A DNA stretch of 64,000 nt, from positions 177,568,001 to 177,632,000 of the forward strand of contig NC_042997.1 of assembly GCF_006345805.1 (NCBI RefSeq). Reading direction: 5' to 3'. The notes under the pieces are model-generated. The model was not told the origin of the DNA and did not search any database. It worked only from the letters and a program-made list of their open reading frames with translations. This DNA is from Octopus sinensis (lineage: Eukaryota). Each line of letters opens with the position of its first letter. Position 1 is the stretch's first letter. This document shows positions 38,661 through 52,457 of this stretch, piece by piece. Position numbers and translations under genes: made by a program.

Positions 38661-39356
38661 AAATGGAAGATGAGTTAGGAGCAGACAACAGTAGACGCAA
38701 CAAGAACAAACAGGAGGGCACTGAAATGCAAACGGTAGACAAGACACAACATAGATGTTGCTGCGGTCTGTTACTCCGAGGATGACCGAATAAAACCACG
38801 TAGAGTATTCTCGTTCTCTATTCGAATAGATCTGGGATTAAACAGCAAAAGCAAAGGCAACGACGACGACGACAGCGTCATCTATCTTCTTCGTATGCCA
38901 AGGATGCGTTTCGTTTTTGGCAATTTTCTTTCGTTGGGCAGGTAGACTGCGAATGTGATCTGCGGAAAGTCTATAATGATGCGAAGTTCGTTGTTTTATG
39001 TTCTTTTTACTTTGTTATGATAAGTTGCAAGGAGAATTGGCGCACAGTTAATTTTTCCAAGAGATTGCAAACCTTACAGTTAAATCCTTCAAATGTAAAA
39101 ACCACCGCTCCAAACTACTACTACTAATACTAGTACAGTATCCTAATATTGCGCAAAGTCTAAAGATTCCGGCAGTGCCTATATTTACCATTAGCTTTGG
39201 TATTGCACAGAGATGCACTACATCATTATAAGTATTACAGGTCAGCCGCTGGTTCCTTTCTGATTGAATTCCTGCTTTGTGAATTGAATTCCTTCTTGTG
39301 ATTGAATTCCTGCTTTCCTTCATTGTGAAATAAAACCACTAACATCTACGGACTTA

Positions 39357-39568
39357 CGAGAGGGTACTGACAAGTTCCTGGCTTTAAGGGTTCGTGAAAG
39401 ACCTGGTTGGAGGCCTAACATTCCGAGTTCTTTTGCAAGGCTTAGAAAACCTGAAGGACCACTGCAATAAGTGTGAGAATCTGAGAGGGACATATATTGA
39501 ATAAAATCATAACTAATCCTCCTGTATTTTCTTTTACCCAAATCCAGGAACTTTTCAGCTCCCCTTCG
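39357..39568 (+). mobile_element. mariner-derived MITE, 212 bp
   Basis: TA|CGAGAGGGTACTGACAAGTTCCTGG ... CCAGGAACTTTTCAGCTCCCCTTCG|TA; carries the mariner C-terminus LQGLENLKDHCNKCENLRGTYIE*. Confidence 0.8.
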
Positions 39569-40809
39569 TATAGAAACAGATTTGATAGTGGTAAGATTAC
39601 CCATGGCATGTCCAGACTGCATAACTGTACCATCTACAGTAACCACTGCATGTTACAATGTGCTGTATGGTCCTCCAGTCCTCAGCTAGAAGAGGCATTG
39701 CGCATCCACACTAATCTTTGCCGACCACATCTAGTTGTTTAGTGATTACCGATATCTGCTCTGTTACGACCGACCTGGTGCTACACGGCAACAACAACGA
39801 CAACAAAAACATTTTCGTCATCCTCATCACGCTCATCAACAATAACAACAAGAACAACAGCCATTGCTTGATGTATTAGGATTACAGCTATTTTTAAAGA
39901 AATAGGTCTGCATCACTGGAATGTTCACTCATGCAGTTCGTAACACAATCAAGTTGAAAACATCAAAGTAGATTACGTAAAACATCGATAATACATTAAC
40001 GTTAGAGACAATAACAGCTTCTCAATACCAAAGTAAAACCTCACTTCACACCATAGGACTTAATAAAAAATTTAACGAATTTTAACAAAGTTCGCATGCC
40101 GTGGGAAAGATTAGATACTGACGGCTCTCCGGAGAGAATGAGAGTGATTGGGCCAGAGAGGAAGTGGGAGAAAGGGAGAGAGAGAGAGAGGGGGGAAGAG
40201 AGAGGGAGAGAGAGAGAGAGAGAAATTATAATTCTAAAATAATGACTTCTTTTTTTCGAAGAAAAGCTTAACTCGAAACGTCAATATTGTGCTATTTGCA
40301 CTCATTTAAATGCGTGAACTTCACTAAATAAATTTCATTATCGACGCAGACTTCTATTAGTTTCTTCGTACTTTGGTTTTCATAAAGATATTGTATAATA
40401 ATATATAATAATACGTTTTCTAATTTAAGCACAAATACAGCAATTTATGGAGTGGGGTATTTTCTTCGGTGCCATCGACACAAGTACTTGACTGGCACAT
40501 TCTTTTAGATACCACGGAGAAATGAAATCCAAATTTTACCTCACCAGTAATTTGAACTGAGAAAGTAAAGTCATATGGACATTTTGTCCGACGCTAAGCC
40601 AAAGTAACCATGTGGTGCATCTTGGTGTAATATAACTGCACCTAGCAAGCCTACGTTTGTGCAAACCTTGCACTACCTAAAACGTTAGATATTTCTTTTC
40701 CGTCGGTGGAGATAGCGTAGAAAAGATGTTTATATTGTACGTAACATGGTAGCGAGATTTGATAAGTATGCAGTGACCAGTACCTCCCTCTAATGAGGTC
40801 CAATAGACC

Positions 40810-41345
40810 GAAGTCACCTGATGCGAGAATCTTGGCGCCCATGACAGACGAATTTCGTCTGCTATGATTTGTTAGTGCTGTACTTTTATGTACCAAATGC
40901 CTATATGAGAGGATATCTCAAATCTAATAACACAGTATTTGCTGTTTTATCAAGGCGTTCATGTTAAATTGGATATGAATATTATTATTTGACATTAATA
41001 ATGCTATCGTCGCTAATAATTAATATTTAATAAGCCTGCTGGCTATTTGCGACATCAGCATCTGAAAAGATACTGATATTTATATATCGTAGCAGCAGGA
41101 TTTGACTGGTATTCAATGACTTGACACCTCTCACTGATGTTTTCCAGTAGAATGAAATCACATGATATGGGAGTTCTGGCGCTCATGACAGATGATTCAC
41201 ATCTGCTAAGATCTATGTCTGTGCTTTTTATGCACCAATTGCCTATATGAGATGTTTCCTCAAGGCTAATAACACAGTATTCAGTGTTCTAACAAAGAGT
41301 TTATGCTAAGCTGGATATAAAGATTACCCTTTGGTATTAGTACTG
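40810..41345. repeat. Diverged direct duplication, ~195-bp units about 345 bp apart
   Basis: TGGCGC.CATGACAGA.GA...TCTGCTA.GAT...TTTTATG.ACCAA.TGCCTATATGAGA...CTAATAACACAGTATT occurs twice. Confidence 0.8.
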
Positions 41346-42217
41346 CTTCTCTCAGTAACAAATGATTTTGGTCATATATCATATACCTTCCAGAAAGAAA
41401 AAAAAATGTAATGTAATTAAAGATAACTGCATGCACTTTGTGATAGATAAAAAGTTATCATCACCCTATTCACTACTACTACTACTACTACTACTGATAC
41501 CTCAATCCCTATACTATCGTTAACGTTGTCGTCATCAGTATTTTGTGACCTGACATGACATGTTTCTGCATCACTCCTGTTTTTGGATTACAGTATTTTA
41601 TCTAAAAGTTTCCATGTTTTCTGTGTGCGTACGCTCCTGTGTGTAGGTGTGTGTGTGTATATGTGTGTGTGTGTGTATCTACATGTTTGAGATATTGGGT
41701 TTGATTATTAACTATAAAGGTACAAAAATTATTATTTTCTTCCCAGTTTATTTAATTTACTTGTGTGTCGAGGAGGAGAGTTTGAGACAACAGTCTTGCA
41801 AAGAAACTCCAATGAAAACGAATAAATAATAATAAGAAAAAATCTCCAGGAATCCTTTGTGTGGCAATACATGCAACTGAAATGCAAGAAGTAATGACTG
41901 AGAACGATAATTCTAAGAATAGCTTCGGTGATTCGCTTAACAATAAATAAAAAATAAAAAATAAAAAGACAATGTTTTGCAGATATCACATTCGATAAAT
42001 AAATTTTGTAAATGCCTGGCAGCCGTGTGTTACAAAAGGCTCTACCTCCTTGCCTGAGAAGTCTCTACAGAAGTATCCAAGGAGAAAAGTGATATGTCTC
42101 TGCCTAGTGTCTCTCCTAGCGTCTTTCCGGTATCGCTAAAATAAAATACCAGTCAAGTACTGGCGTACCGACCTCCTCTCAAAATTACTGGCCTTGTACC
42201 ATAATTAGATACAATTG

Positions 42218-42320
<103 letters not shown>

Positions 42321-43091
42321 CTCATGGCTTCTGATCTTAACTGATTGGAAGTGTTATCATGTACATTGTTTTGTCTTGGTATAAAAGATGGGCTACAGCA
42401 AATATTCTGCTCAATACCACAGATTTGCTTGTCAGTTGTTTGACCTTAACCAGTTGAGCATGTCCCTTAGTGGCTGATGATATGTGCATCTCTGATCACG
42501 AGCAGAAGTAGTGGGGGAGCATCATGGCCATGTGTTGAGAGGGATTCTTTGGAGTTTGAATGGTTCACCTCTGGAAACATAGGTGTTTCGTTCAACATCC
42601 TAAAGCAACCCTTATTCAGGGACCGTTTGAGCAGGATGGGCTACTCAACCTGAAGAAAATTCTAACTGGGCCCCACCTGCAAGGTCATGTGCTGTTTATC
42701 TTGATATGAGATCACCATGTCGCGCACATATGGTTGTGATGCATGTGCCTGGTGTACCTTTATCAGACGGGTAGTCATGATGGGTATATTGGGCTTCGTA
42801 TATTTTACCCCAGTGTCACTTTGATGGCATGAACTGCTCTCTCACTCAATAATAATAATAATAATAATTAAAAAAATAATAATAATAATAATGATGATGA
42901 TGATAATGATAATAATAATAATACCACCGCTATCCTTATACCACCACCATCCTTACACTACTGTTGCTTCTGTTGCTATAGAAGGTGGTCGGATTATCTG
43001 CTCAATCAGCATCGACGCAGGGACTAAACAACAATAAACATTAGCTTCATCCTAATTAATATTTGCTCATAAGATTATAGATCTCTGTATT

Positions 43092-43134
<43 letters not shown>

Positions 43135-43503
43135 AAAATATGCTGATACTACATAACTCTCATTGTCTTACGAATCCTGATGAGGCCAAAGGCATATGTA
43201 ACGCTAATGTGAGGGATTGTGTAACAACGCGAGTCATGAGATTTACAGTCTTCATCTTACGGAATGCGATAAACTACATCAACAGCATACATTCGCATAT
43301 TTATTAACTTTGTTAATGATTCTAGGAGAAACACCGTCCCCCACCCCCACCAAGATGTTTTCTTCTAGTTTATGTAATATAAATATTATCGCGTGTGCTT
43401 GTATACATATAAGATTAAATTGTACATTGTGTGTTTTCGTAGTACGAGATGTTGGGGTGTGATCCGAGAAAAATTTGTCTTATAATTTTTGCATTTGAAG
43501 TGT

Positions 43504-43886
43504 GGAAGCACTCCGTCGGTTACGACGACGAGGGTTCCGGTTGATCCGAATCAACGGAACAGCCTGCTCATGAAATTAACGTGTAAGTGGCCGAGCACTC
43601 CACAGACACGTGTACCCTTAACGTAGTTCTCGGGGATATTCAGCGTGACACAGAGAGTGACAAGGCCGGCCCTTTGAAATACAGGTACAACAGAAGCAGG
43701 AAGTAAGAGTGAGAGAAAGTTGTGGTGAAAGAGTACAGCAGGGATCACCACCATCCCCTGCCGGAGCCTCGTGGAGCTTTAGGTGTTTTCGCTCAATAAA
43801 CACTCACAACGCCCGGTCTGAGAATCGAAACCGCGATCCTATGACCGCGAGTCCGCTGCCCTAACCACTGGGCCATTGTGCCTCCA
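43504..43886 (-). mobile_element. SINE group B (head, module 2, tail Y) with 12-bp TSD
   Basis: CATTTGAAGTGT at 43492-43503 and 43887-43898. Confidence 0.95.
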
Positions 43887-45484
43887 CATTTGAAGTGTAC
43901 CTCGATGTTGACTTGAAATATACTTGACTCAGGTTTTTTATTCCCACCTCAGCCCCCTCTCTCTCTCTCACTCACTCACTCACTCTCTCCCTCTTACACA
44001 CATACAGTCACACACGCATACGCACTCACAAACTCTTTCCTTCAGGATGGTTGCTTGTGTAAGAGATGGAGCAAGGTAGGAGTTATTTAGAGAAAGTATG
44101 CGGACGATAAGGGGAAGGGCTGGGCAGTGCTTTAGTTACACATATAGATAGACTTATATAAGTTTCATTATAACAAAATGACAACCAAGTCCCACAAAAC
44201 TGATAGGACAATCTCAGTAGAGTGGACAGTTTTAATCACAACACATAGTAAATACATGTAAGTCCGACTGATCTAAAGCTACTAACTGAAAAAAATTTTG
44301 TTGGTGTTGTATCGCCTCAGTCGAGTAGAGCGTTCTCCAAAGGATTTTCGACCCAAATCCACCGACACACTTTTATCTCTTCGTCTTGTATCCCTAAATT
44401 TCTGTGGTCATATTTCCATTAACCACTATACTAAATACTTCACACATCCCTTCCGTTCCAGCGTTGCAATTTTTTTCAAATATTCTTACTCTGAAAACCA
44501 AATTCAAACTGAATATCAGTCGTATCAATTTTAGCAAGATATATGAAAGATATTTGGAAGAAGCTGTGCATGCAATTTAGCAATAACTTCAAAAGATTTC
44601 TTCAGAAATACTTCACTTCGGTTGACAAGAACCCGGTGAAACTGGGCAAGCAATGAGAAACTGAAGAAGATAACTATGAGTTGAAATGTTACACAAAGGG
44701 AATAAGCAATGAGAATTCTATTGTACTGGATTCAGAGAGGGTCCAGAAAAAAGCCAGCGAAAAGGAATACGAAGTTGAGGAATGTAAGAAGTCTAGCTAT
44801 AAGCAAATGGTTGAAGATTTCAGTATGAATGAGAAAACATCGGCTCTGTTTGGGTCACAACCCCAAATACTGACAGATTTACAAAAGCATCTGCTGTTAT
44901 TCGCGAGGCTATTTTCTGTACAAGAAAATTTATAAAGAAAATAAAAACTAAACAAATACAACGTGGAATACGCATACTAACCATTCAAAAACACATAAAG
45001 ACAGTAAACTTCACTTAAACATTTATCGTTTGGGGATAAAATTTTCGTCGCGGCAACTCACCAACCGCAAAATCAATGACGCAGTTCTATAGCAAATTAG
45101 TTTGTGGCGAGGGTATCGGTCAGCATATATTTTAGGGTTATAAATATAATTTTTCGCCTGTAAAAAAGTATATCAATAGCCCTGAAACCTATGTATGCTA
45201 ACAACTTCGCCATAAACCAGATGCAGTGAAACCGCATCAGTGACCAGGCCTCAGTTGGTGTGACGAAAACTTTGATACCAAATAATAAATATATAAGTGA
45301 AGTTGACAATCTCAGTGTATCTTCACTGTAAGTGTTTTAGTTTCAATACAGTCTCAGATCGAATTCCATGCCAGGCAACTACACCCCAGAAAAGAAAAAT
45401 AACTAAGCAGATATCTTTTGACAGATGATTTAAGAGAGATAAGCGGGAGACAAGAAGACTAACAACAATAATCTATAGATATGT

Positions 45485-45624
45485 TCTATAACCTGGGTTC
45501 AATCTCTCTGCGTGGCACCTCGGGCAAGTGTCTTCTACTAAAGCCTTGGGCCAACCAAAGCCTTGTGAGTGGATTTGGTAGACGAAAACTGAAAGAAGCT
45601 TGTCGTATATATATATATATATAT

Positions 45625-45686
<62 letters not shown>

Positions 45687-45915
45687 ATGTAAATATTTAT
45701 GTTTGTGTCTGTATTTGTCCCCTCGCCATCGCTTGCCAACCGATTCTGATGTGTGTATGTCCCCGTAAGTTAGCGGTTCGGCAAAAGGGACAGATAGAGT
45801 AAGTAATAGGTTTGCAAAAAGTAAGGCCGGGGTCGATTTCTTCGACTAAAACCCTTTCAGGTGGCGCTCCAGCATGGTCCCAATAAAATGCTGAAATGTG
45901 TAAAAGAATAAAAGT
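45485..45915 (+). mobile_element. Near-complete SINE group C with internal (TA)n
   Basis: GGGTTCAATC..CTGCGTGGCACCTCGGGCAAGTGTCTTCTACTA...; 3' GCGCTCCAGCATGG..AAAAGAATAAAAG tail. Confidence 0.9.
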
Positions 45916-46312
45916 ATAAAAGAATCCACTGCAGCATTGAAACTAAACTCTTTTTAAATCGCCAGTAATGTAATATTTGAACTATTTACCAAGGTGTTAA
46001 ATATGCAAACTGGATTTCCCTGTTATCTTTAGCCACTAATATGATTGGGTTTATAAGCAGATGTTCGTGGATAAGTAATAAAGGTGCACAGCTGCAGAGG
46101 AGACTCCGAGTGGAGTTGAAACGTGCAGTATATATATACAGCTGTTACATCGTCTTTGCGTTATTATATTGTCTCTATAGGATATAATACTTACATTCTT
46201 AGTAACTGTATTGGCTTAAATTCTATTCATATGTTCTAAACTACAATAAGGTAATGAAACAAAACATTGTTAGCGCAACAATCGCTTGATATTTGTGTGT
46301 TTATATATATTA

Positions 46313-46623
46313 TGTGGAGGCGCAATGGCCCAGTGGTTAGGGCAGCGGACTCGCGGTCGTAGGATCGCGGTTTCGATTCCAAGACCAGGCGTTGTGTGTG
46401 TTTATTGAGCGAAAACACCTAAAAAGCTTCACAAGGCTCCGGCAGGGGGTGGTGATCCCTGCTGTACTCTTTCACCACTCTTTCTCTCACTATTTCTTCT
46501 GTTGGCCTGCTCGCTTAGCCAGCGGGGTGGCGTCGTTCGAAGGCTAAAACAATGCGAACGCATTGTGACCAGCGATGTGTAGCAACATCTGATGGTCTGG
46601 TCGGTCACGTGATCACGTGATAT
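46313..46623 (+). mobile_element. SINE group B (head, module 2, tail Z)
   Basis: Head and module 2 as in 20029 and 43504; unique tail ending GGTCACGTGATCACGTGATA. Confidence 0.9.
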
Positions 46624-46809
46624 ATATTATAAAGAATTAAGGTTAAGAGAATACGTGTTAAACATAGTATCGAAACCTTATTTCAGGGTAAGTCCCAGGT
46701 CGTGTATCCGCGGAGCACGTTCACCACTTATGGCATCATCAGCAATACTTTGCAAACTTTGTTGTAATAATTCCAGGAATTCCAGGATGGACGTTGGGTA
46801 TATATTAAA

Positions 46810-46835
46810 TCTATTATATAAAATCCGTTCTGTGC

Positions 46836-46910
<75 letters not shown>

Positions 46911-47000
46911 TGTGTGTGTTTCTTCTATGATCTTCGGGCATCCTCCATCCGATTGCGCTCAAATTTGATATGTAGATACCGACGTAGATTCCAGTATTTG
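46810..47000 (+). mobile_element. Possible 5' part of a non-autonomous Helitron-like element
   Basis: A|TCTATTATATAAAATCC start, (TG)n, then CCGATTGCGCTCAAATTTGATATG; no CTAG end found. Confidence 0.4.
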
Positions 47001-47164
47001 TAATTTATGTATATATATACATACATGCACACGCATTCACACAGATATATATATGTGTGTGTGTGTATGTATTTATGTATGTATGTATCAGCAGTTGACT
47101 ACCAGTGTCATTAATGCTTTTCCAACATTTCAACTCTCTGCACTCTGAGTTCACATCGCGCTGC

Positions 47165-47204
<40 letters not shown>

Positions 47205-47368
47205 ATAGTAGTAGTAGTAGTAGTATTAGCAACAGCAGCGGCAGCAGCAGCAGTAGTAGTAGTTAGTGCTGTACTAGTAGTAGCAGCAGTAGTAGCAGCA
47301 GTAGCAGTAGTAGTAGTAGTAGTAGTAGTAGTAGCAGCAGCAACAGCAGCAGCAGTAGCAGCATGAGC

Positions 47369-47403
<35 letters not shown>

Positions 47404-47460
47404 GTGTGGATATATAAAATATCAGTAAAGCACCGTTTCTTTCTCTCCTTCATTCCTCAC

Positions 47461-47506
<46 letters not shown>

Positions 47507-47939
47507 CTTTTTCTCTCCTTCTCTCTCTCTCCACTTCTTTCTCTTCCCCCCTCTCTCTTTTTCTCTGTCTCTATTTCATTCTCTCTCGTTCTCTTTAGAG
47601 GTAGGGTGTATTCAGGGGAGGCATGGCTCCGCCAAGTTTGATCTGCATACCTATATGTGTGTGCTCGGTTATGTGTGTGTTTAAGTATATATCTGCGTGA
47701 ATGTTGTGTGTGTGTACAACATACTTTCATCGAAGGCAAAATGGCCGATATGTATACGCAGAGTAGAAAAAGCCAGGGACAACTGATGAAGGGAATGTTC
47801 TTTATGTTGCCTGTCTCGTTTCTCTGTTTGTTTCTTTATTTCGTTCTTCGAACGAAAGTTCGTTCTCTATGTTTTTGTTTTTTATGTTCTCGTTTCTCAT
47901 TTTATTTGCGTTTTTTTATGTCCTGTACCCATATAGGCA

Positions 47940-47941
47940 TG

Positions 47942-47986
<45 letters not shown>

Positions 47987-48250
47987 TATATATACATATA
48001 TATGTAGGTATGTACATATATGTATGTATATATACAAATATTTATATATTATTTGTATTATACGTATATATATGTATATATATATGTGTGTACTTATATA
48101 TATATATTTATATATACACACAAACTCATACATACGTACATATATATATATATTATATATGTATATATGTGTGTATGTGTACATATATATATATATTTAC
48201 ATATATACACACAAACTCATACATACGTACATACATATATATATATATAG

Positions 48251-48312
<62 letters not shown>

Positions 48313-48401
48313 ATGTGTGTACATATTATATATATATATTAAATATATACACACAAACTCATACATACGTACATATATATATATACATACGTACATATAT
48401 A

Positions 48402-48455
<54 letters not shown>

Positions 48456-48549
48456 TATGTATTTATATATATATATATATATATAATATATATGTATATA
48501 TATATATACATATACATATATATATATACATATATATATATACATATAC

Positions 48550-48622
<73 letters not shown>

Positions 48623-48660
48623 TATATATATATATATGTATATGTATATATATATATACG
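47940..48660. repeat. (TA)n-rich block with three embedded ACACACAAACTCATACATACGTAC units
   Basis: Units near 48118, 48208 and 48350. Confidence 0.9.
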
Positions 48661-48772
48661 GCGCACACGAGAAGACTAATTAAAGTTGTTAACGGTTATG
48701 TGTATGCATAACAGATGGAGAAAAGGGAGAAAAGGCATAGATGATATGCATGTATGTATAGTAAAAAATAAA

Positions 48773-48866
<94 letters not shown>

Positions 48867-49169
48867 CCTAATTATAGTTATGTGTTAATTGTATTTTCTT
48901 TACAATCGTTTACTATATCTAACGAATCTATTCTCCTCAGAGTCGTCGCCATAGTAACGTCTAAAACATCCTCAATGTTATAATTATGTGAGAAAAAAAA
49001 TCAATAAATAATTATCTGAAATACGGTATAGGTGTCATTACCCCACTAAGTCTCAGTTTTCACAATAATTCATAACAAGGAAGAAAACTGTTGTTTCACT
49101 ATTCATATGGTTTCAGTTTGGGAAACTTGCCTGAAGAGGGTGCTGCTGTTGTTAACTCGACAGTGTTCA

Positions 49170-49176
49170 TACATAC

Positions 49177-49227
<51 letters not shown>

Positions 49228-49378
49228 TATGTAGGTATATAGATATATATATATGTAGGTATATATATATATATGTAGGTATATATATATATATATGTAG
49301 GTATATATATATATATATGTAGGTATATATATATATATAATATATATATATATATGTGTATATATATATATATGTATA

Positions 49379-49465
<87 letters not shown>

Positions 49466-49471
49466 ATATAT

Positions 49472-49536
<65 letters not shown>

Positions 49537-49560
49537 GCATACATACACACACATGCATGT
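49170..49560. repeat. (TA)n block with repeated TGTAGGTA interruptions
   Basis: Five TGTAGGTA units between 49230 and 49330. Confidence 0.9.
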
Positions 49561-49967
49561 ATGTGTATAATTTTTGTTTTTGTTGTTGTTTCTTGTTTAT
49601 TTTTTCTATTTTAGATTTATAATTATAATTTTTACGTTCGAGCATTTCGTTGCGTTTCATTAAGATTCGTATGAAAGACATGTAGCATGTACACGGACTT
49701 TTGTTTTTACTTTTTCACACACCCAAAATCGCTCTCTTTCTTTCTTTCTTTCTCCCCCCCTCTCTCTCCCTCTCCTTTCTGTCTCTTCACATACACACAC
49801 ACACCCACACCATTAACACACGCGTAAACATCCATTTCCACGCGCCCGCACCAGCTGTCTTTTCTGTTTAATCGAAGCTGTCAATTCGGCAATTACATGC
49901 ATAGTTACGCAATACTTTAACACCACTCTTCTGCAGTTCTACCAACACTACCAACACTAGCGGATCC

Positions 49968-50153
49968 GTGCTACTACTACTACTACTACTATTACTACTA
50001 TTACTACTACTACTGCTACTGCCGCTGCTGCTACTACTACTACTACTACTACTACTGCCACTGCTGCTGCTACTACTATTACTACTACTACTACTACTAC
50101 TGCTACTACTACCACTACTGCTACTGCTGCTGCTTCTACTACTACTACTACTG

Positions 50154-50215
<62 letters not shown>

Positions 50216-50247
50216 ACTACTAGAACAGCACTAACTACTACTACTAT

Positions 50248-50278
<31 letters not shown>

Positions 50279-50384
50279 GCTACTGCTGCTACTACTACTG
50301 CTACTGCTGCTACTGCTGCTGCTACTGCTGCTGCTACTAGAACAGCACTAACTACTACTACTGCTACTGCTGCCGCTGCTGTTG

Positions 50385-50418
<34 letters not shown>

Positions 50419-50580
50419 TGCTGTTGCTGCTGTGGCTACTGCTGCTGCTCTACTGCTGTTGTTATTGATAGAACAACTATAGTACCGACTACTACTACTG
50501 CTACTACAAACTGCTGCTGCTTCTACTGAGCTGCTGCTTCTGCTGCTACTGCTGCTGCTATTGCTGCTGTTGCTGCTAGC
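49968..50580. repeat. ~600-bp (CTA)n/(CTG)n trinucleotide array
   Basis: Direct reading; CTAGAACAGCACTAACT is duplicated near 50220 and 50338. Confidence 0.95.
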
Positions 50581-50609
50581 ATCACTTAAGTAACGACCAT
50601 ATTTAAATA

Positions 50610-51480
50610 TTGGTTTCAAATTGTGGCACGGAGTCAGTTAAGTCGATTACAACGACCCGTATTCAACTGGTACTTATTATATCGGCCACGAAAAGATGCG
50701 TAGTAGTTAGCAGAATTTGAACTCAGAACCTAAAGACAGACAAAATACCGCCAATTTTATCTGATGGGCTAATTATACTGCTAGCTCGCCGCCTTCGAGC
50801 ACATTGTAATATTGGTTTCAGATTTTGACTCCAGGCCAGCAGTTTCAGGGAGAGGTTAACGTCAATGAAATTGACCCCCAATGCTCAACGAGTACCTGTT
50901 TTATAGATCTCGAAAGTAATGAAAGACTAAGTCGATCTCGAGAGAATTTGAACACGGAATGTAAAGATAGACGAAATACTGCTAGGCTTTTTGCACAACG
51001 TGCTAAAGATTCTGTCAGTTCACCGCCTTCGTGCCCTTCATGATAATAATTTCAAATTTTCGCACAAAGCGAACAATTTCGAGGAGGGGCTAAGTCGATT
51101 ATCTCAACCCCATGCTCAACTGGTACCTATTTTATCGACTCCACAAAGATGAAGGGCAAAGTCGACCTCGGCGGAATTTGAACTCAGAACGTGTGAAAAC
51201 AGACGAAATACCGATGAGAATGTTGCCTGGTGTGCTAACAATTTTACCAGGTCATTGCCTTAATTGTATTAAAATATTGATTTCAAATATTGGCACATGG
51301 CCCACAATTTCAAGAAAAGGAGTAAGTCGATTAAATCGTCCCCAGTCCTCAACTGGCGCTTATTTTAGCGACCCCAAAAGCATGAAAGGCAAAGTCGACC
51401 GCAGTGGAATTTGAACCCACAGCAAAATGTTTAGCAGCATTTTGTCCGTGCTAACGATTCTGCAAGATCGCAGCCTTAAC
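50610..51480 (-). mobile_element. Four consecutive diverged SINE A copies
   Basis: Units start near 50610, 50812, 51050 and 51278; three are preceded by an AATATTG(G/A)TTTCA motif and the 51050 unit by a variant. Confidence 0.85.
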
Positions 51481-51944
51481 CGTATTAAAATATTGGTGGA
51501 AATTGGAGGACATTCCATAGAGTAGGCACAAGCTACGTTTTTAATCCTCTTTCAGTTCGGTTTTCTATGGATCATTTGAAAATGTCAAAATTTTAAAGAT
51601 CCTAAAACAAAGGACATGAAACATCCGAAATAGTTATGGATTTAATTATTGATGTACTAAACAACAATATGACTGATATATTGAAATGTAGACTAAGGTA
51701 TATCATAGTAAACAGTACACGCCTTAAACCAGTTACTGTGATGTGTAATGGAATACATTGGATAATATAAGCAGATGTCTTTTTATCTCCCCGTGGACAG
51801 AAAGAGAGGTTGCTTCTGCCCACAGAGAGATAAAAATGTCTGTTGTTATTTGTTTACCAATGATATGGTTGCTATTTTATACTGTTTACAAAATGTCCGC
51901 TTTAATCTACAATTCAGAAAAGGCAGCATTTTTCTCTCCGCCTC

Positions 51945-51979
<35 letters not shown>

Positions 51980-52077
51980 GTATATATATCTTATTTCACT
52001 CTCTCACTCCCTCTCTCTCTTTCCCTCTGTCTTTCTCTCTCTCTCTCTATCTGTTTCTCTCTCTCTCTCTCTCCCTG

Positions 52078-52440
52078 GCTGCGTGATTAAGAAGTTCTCG
52101 TTGTAACCACCTGCATTCGAGTTCAGTCCTACTGCGTGGCACTTTGGGCAAGTGACTTCTACTATAGCCCTGGGGCAGCCATTACCTTGTGAGCGGATTT
52201 GGTACACGGAAAATGTGTGGAAACCAATCGTATATATATGTGTGTTTGCGTTTGTGTGTGTGTCTTTGCGTCTCTGTTTGTCCTCCTGCCCCCACTTGAA
52301 AACGGTATTGGTTTCTTTACCTCTACGTAACCCAGCGATTCGACAAAATATATCGATAGAATAAGCACCAGACTTGAAAATATAGTACTAGGGTTGATTT
52401 GTTCGACTATAATCCTTCAAAGTCAATGACTGAAACAAAT
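52078..52440 (+). mobile_element. SINE group C, diverged
   Basis: GTTCAGTCCTACTGCGTGGCACTTTGGGCAAGTGACTTCTACTATAGCC...AATGACTGAAACAA. Confidence 0.8.
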
Positions 52441-52457
52441 ATGAGATAAAGGATATA

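Noticed and set aside
44681-44935. 84-aa charged ORF
   Set aside because: No recognisable motif or splice signals; a length expected by chance.
47775-47860. CTGATGAAG as a hammerhead core
   Set aside because: No stem II or correctly placed GAAA and cleavage triplet.
48024-48683. 219-aa YI-repeat ORF and similar YI/CV/HT ORFs throughout
   Set aside because: Dinucleotide microsatellites lack stop codons.
49957-50619. 220-aa poly-Val/Ala ORF
   Set aside because: Translation of the (CTA)n/(CTG)n array.
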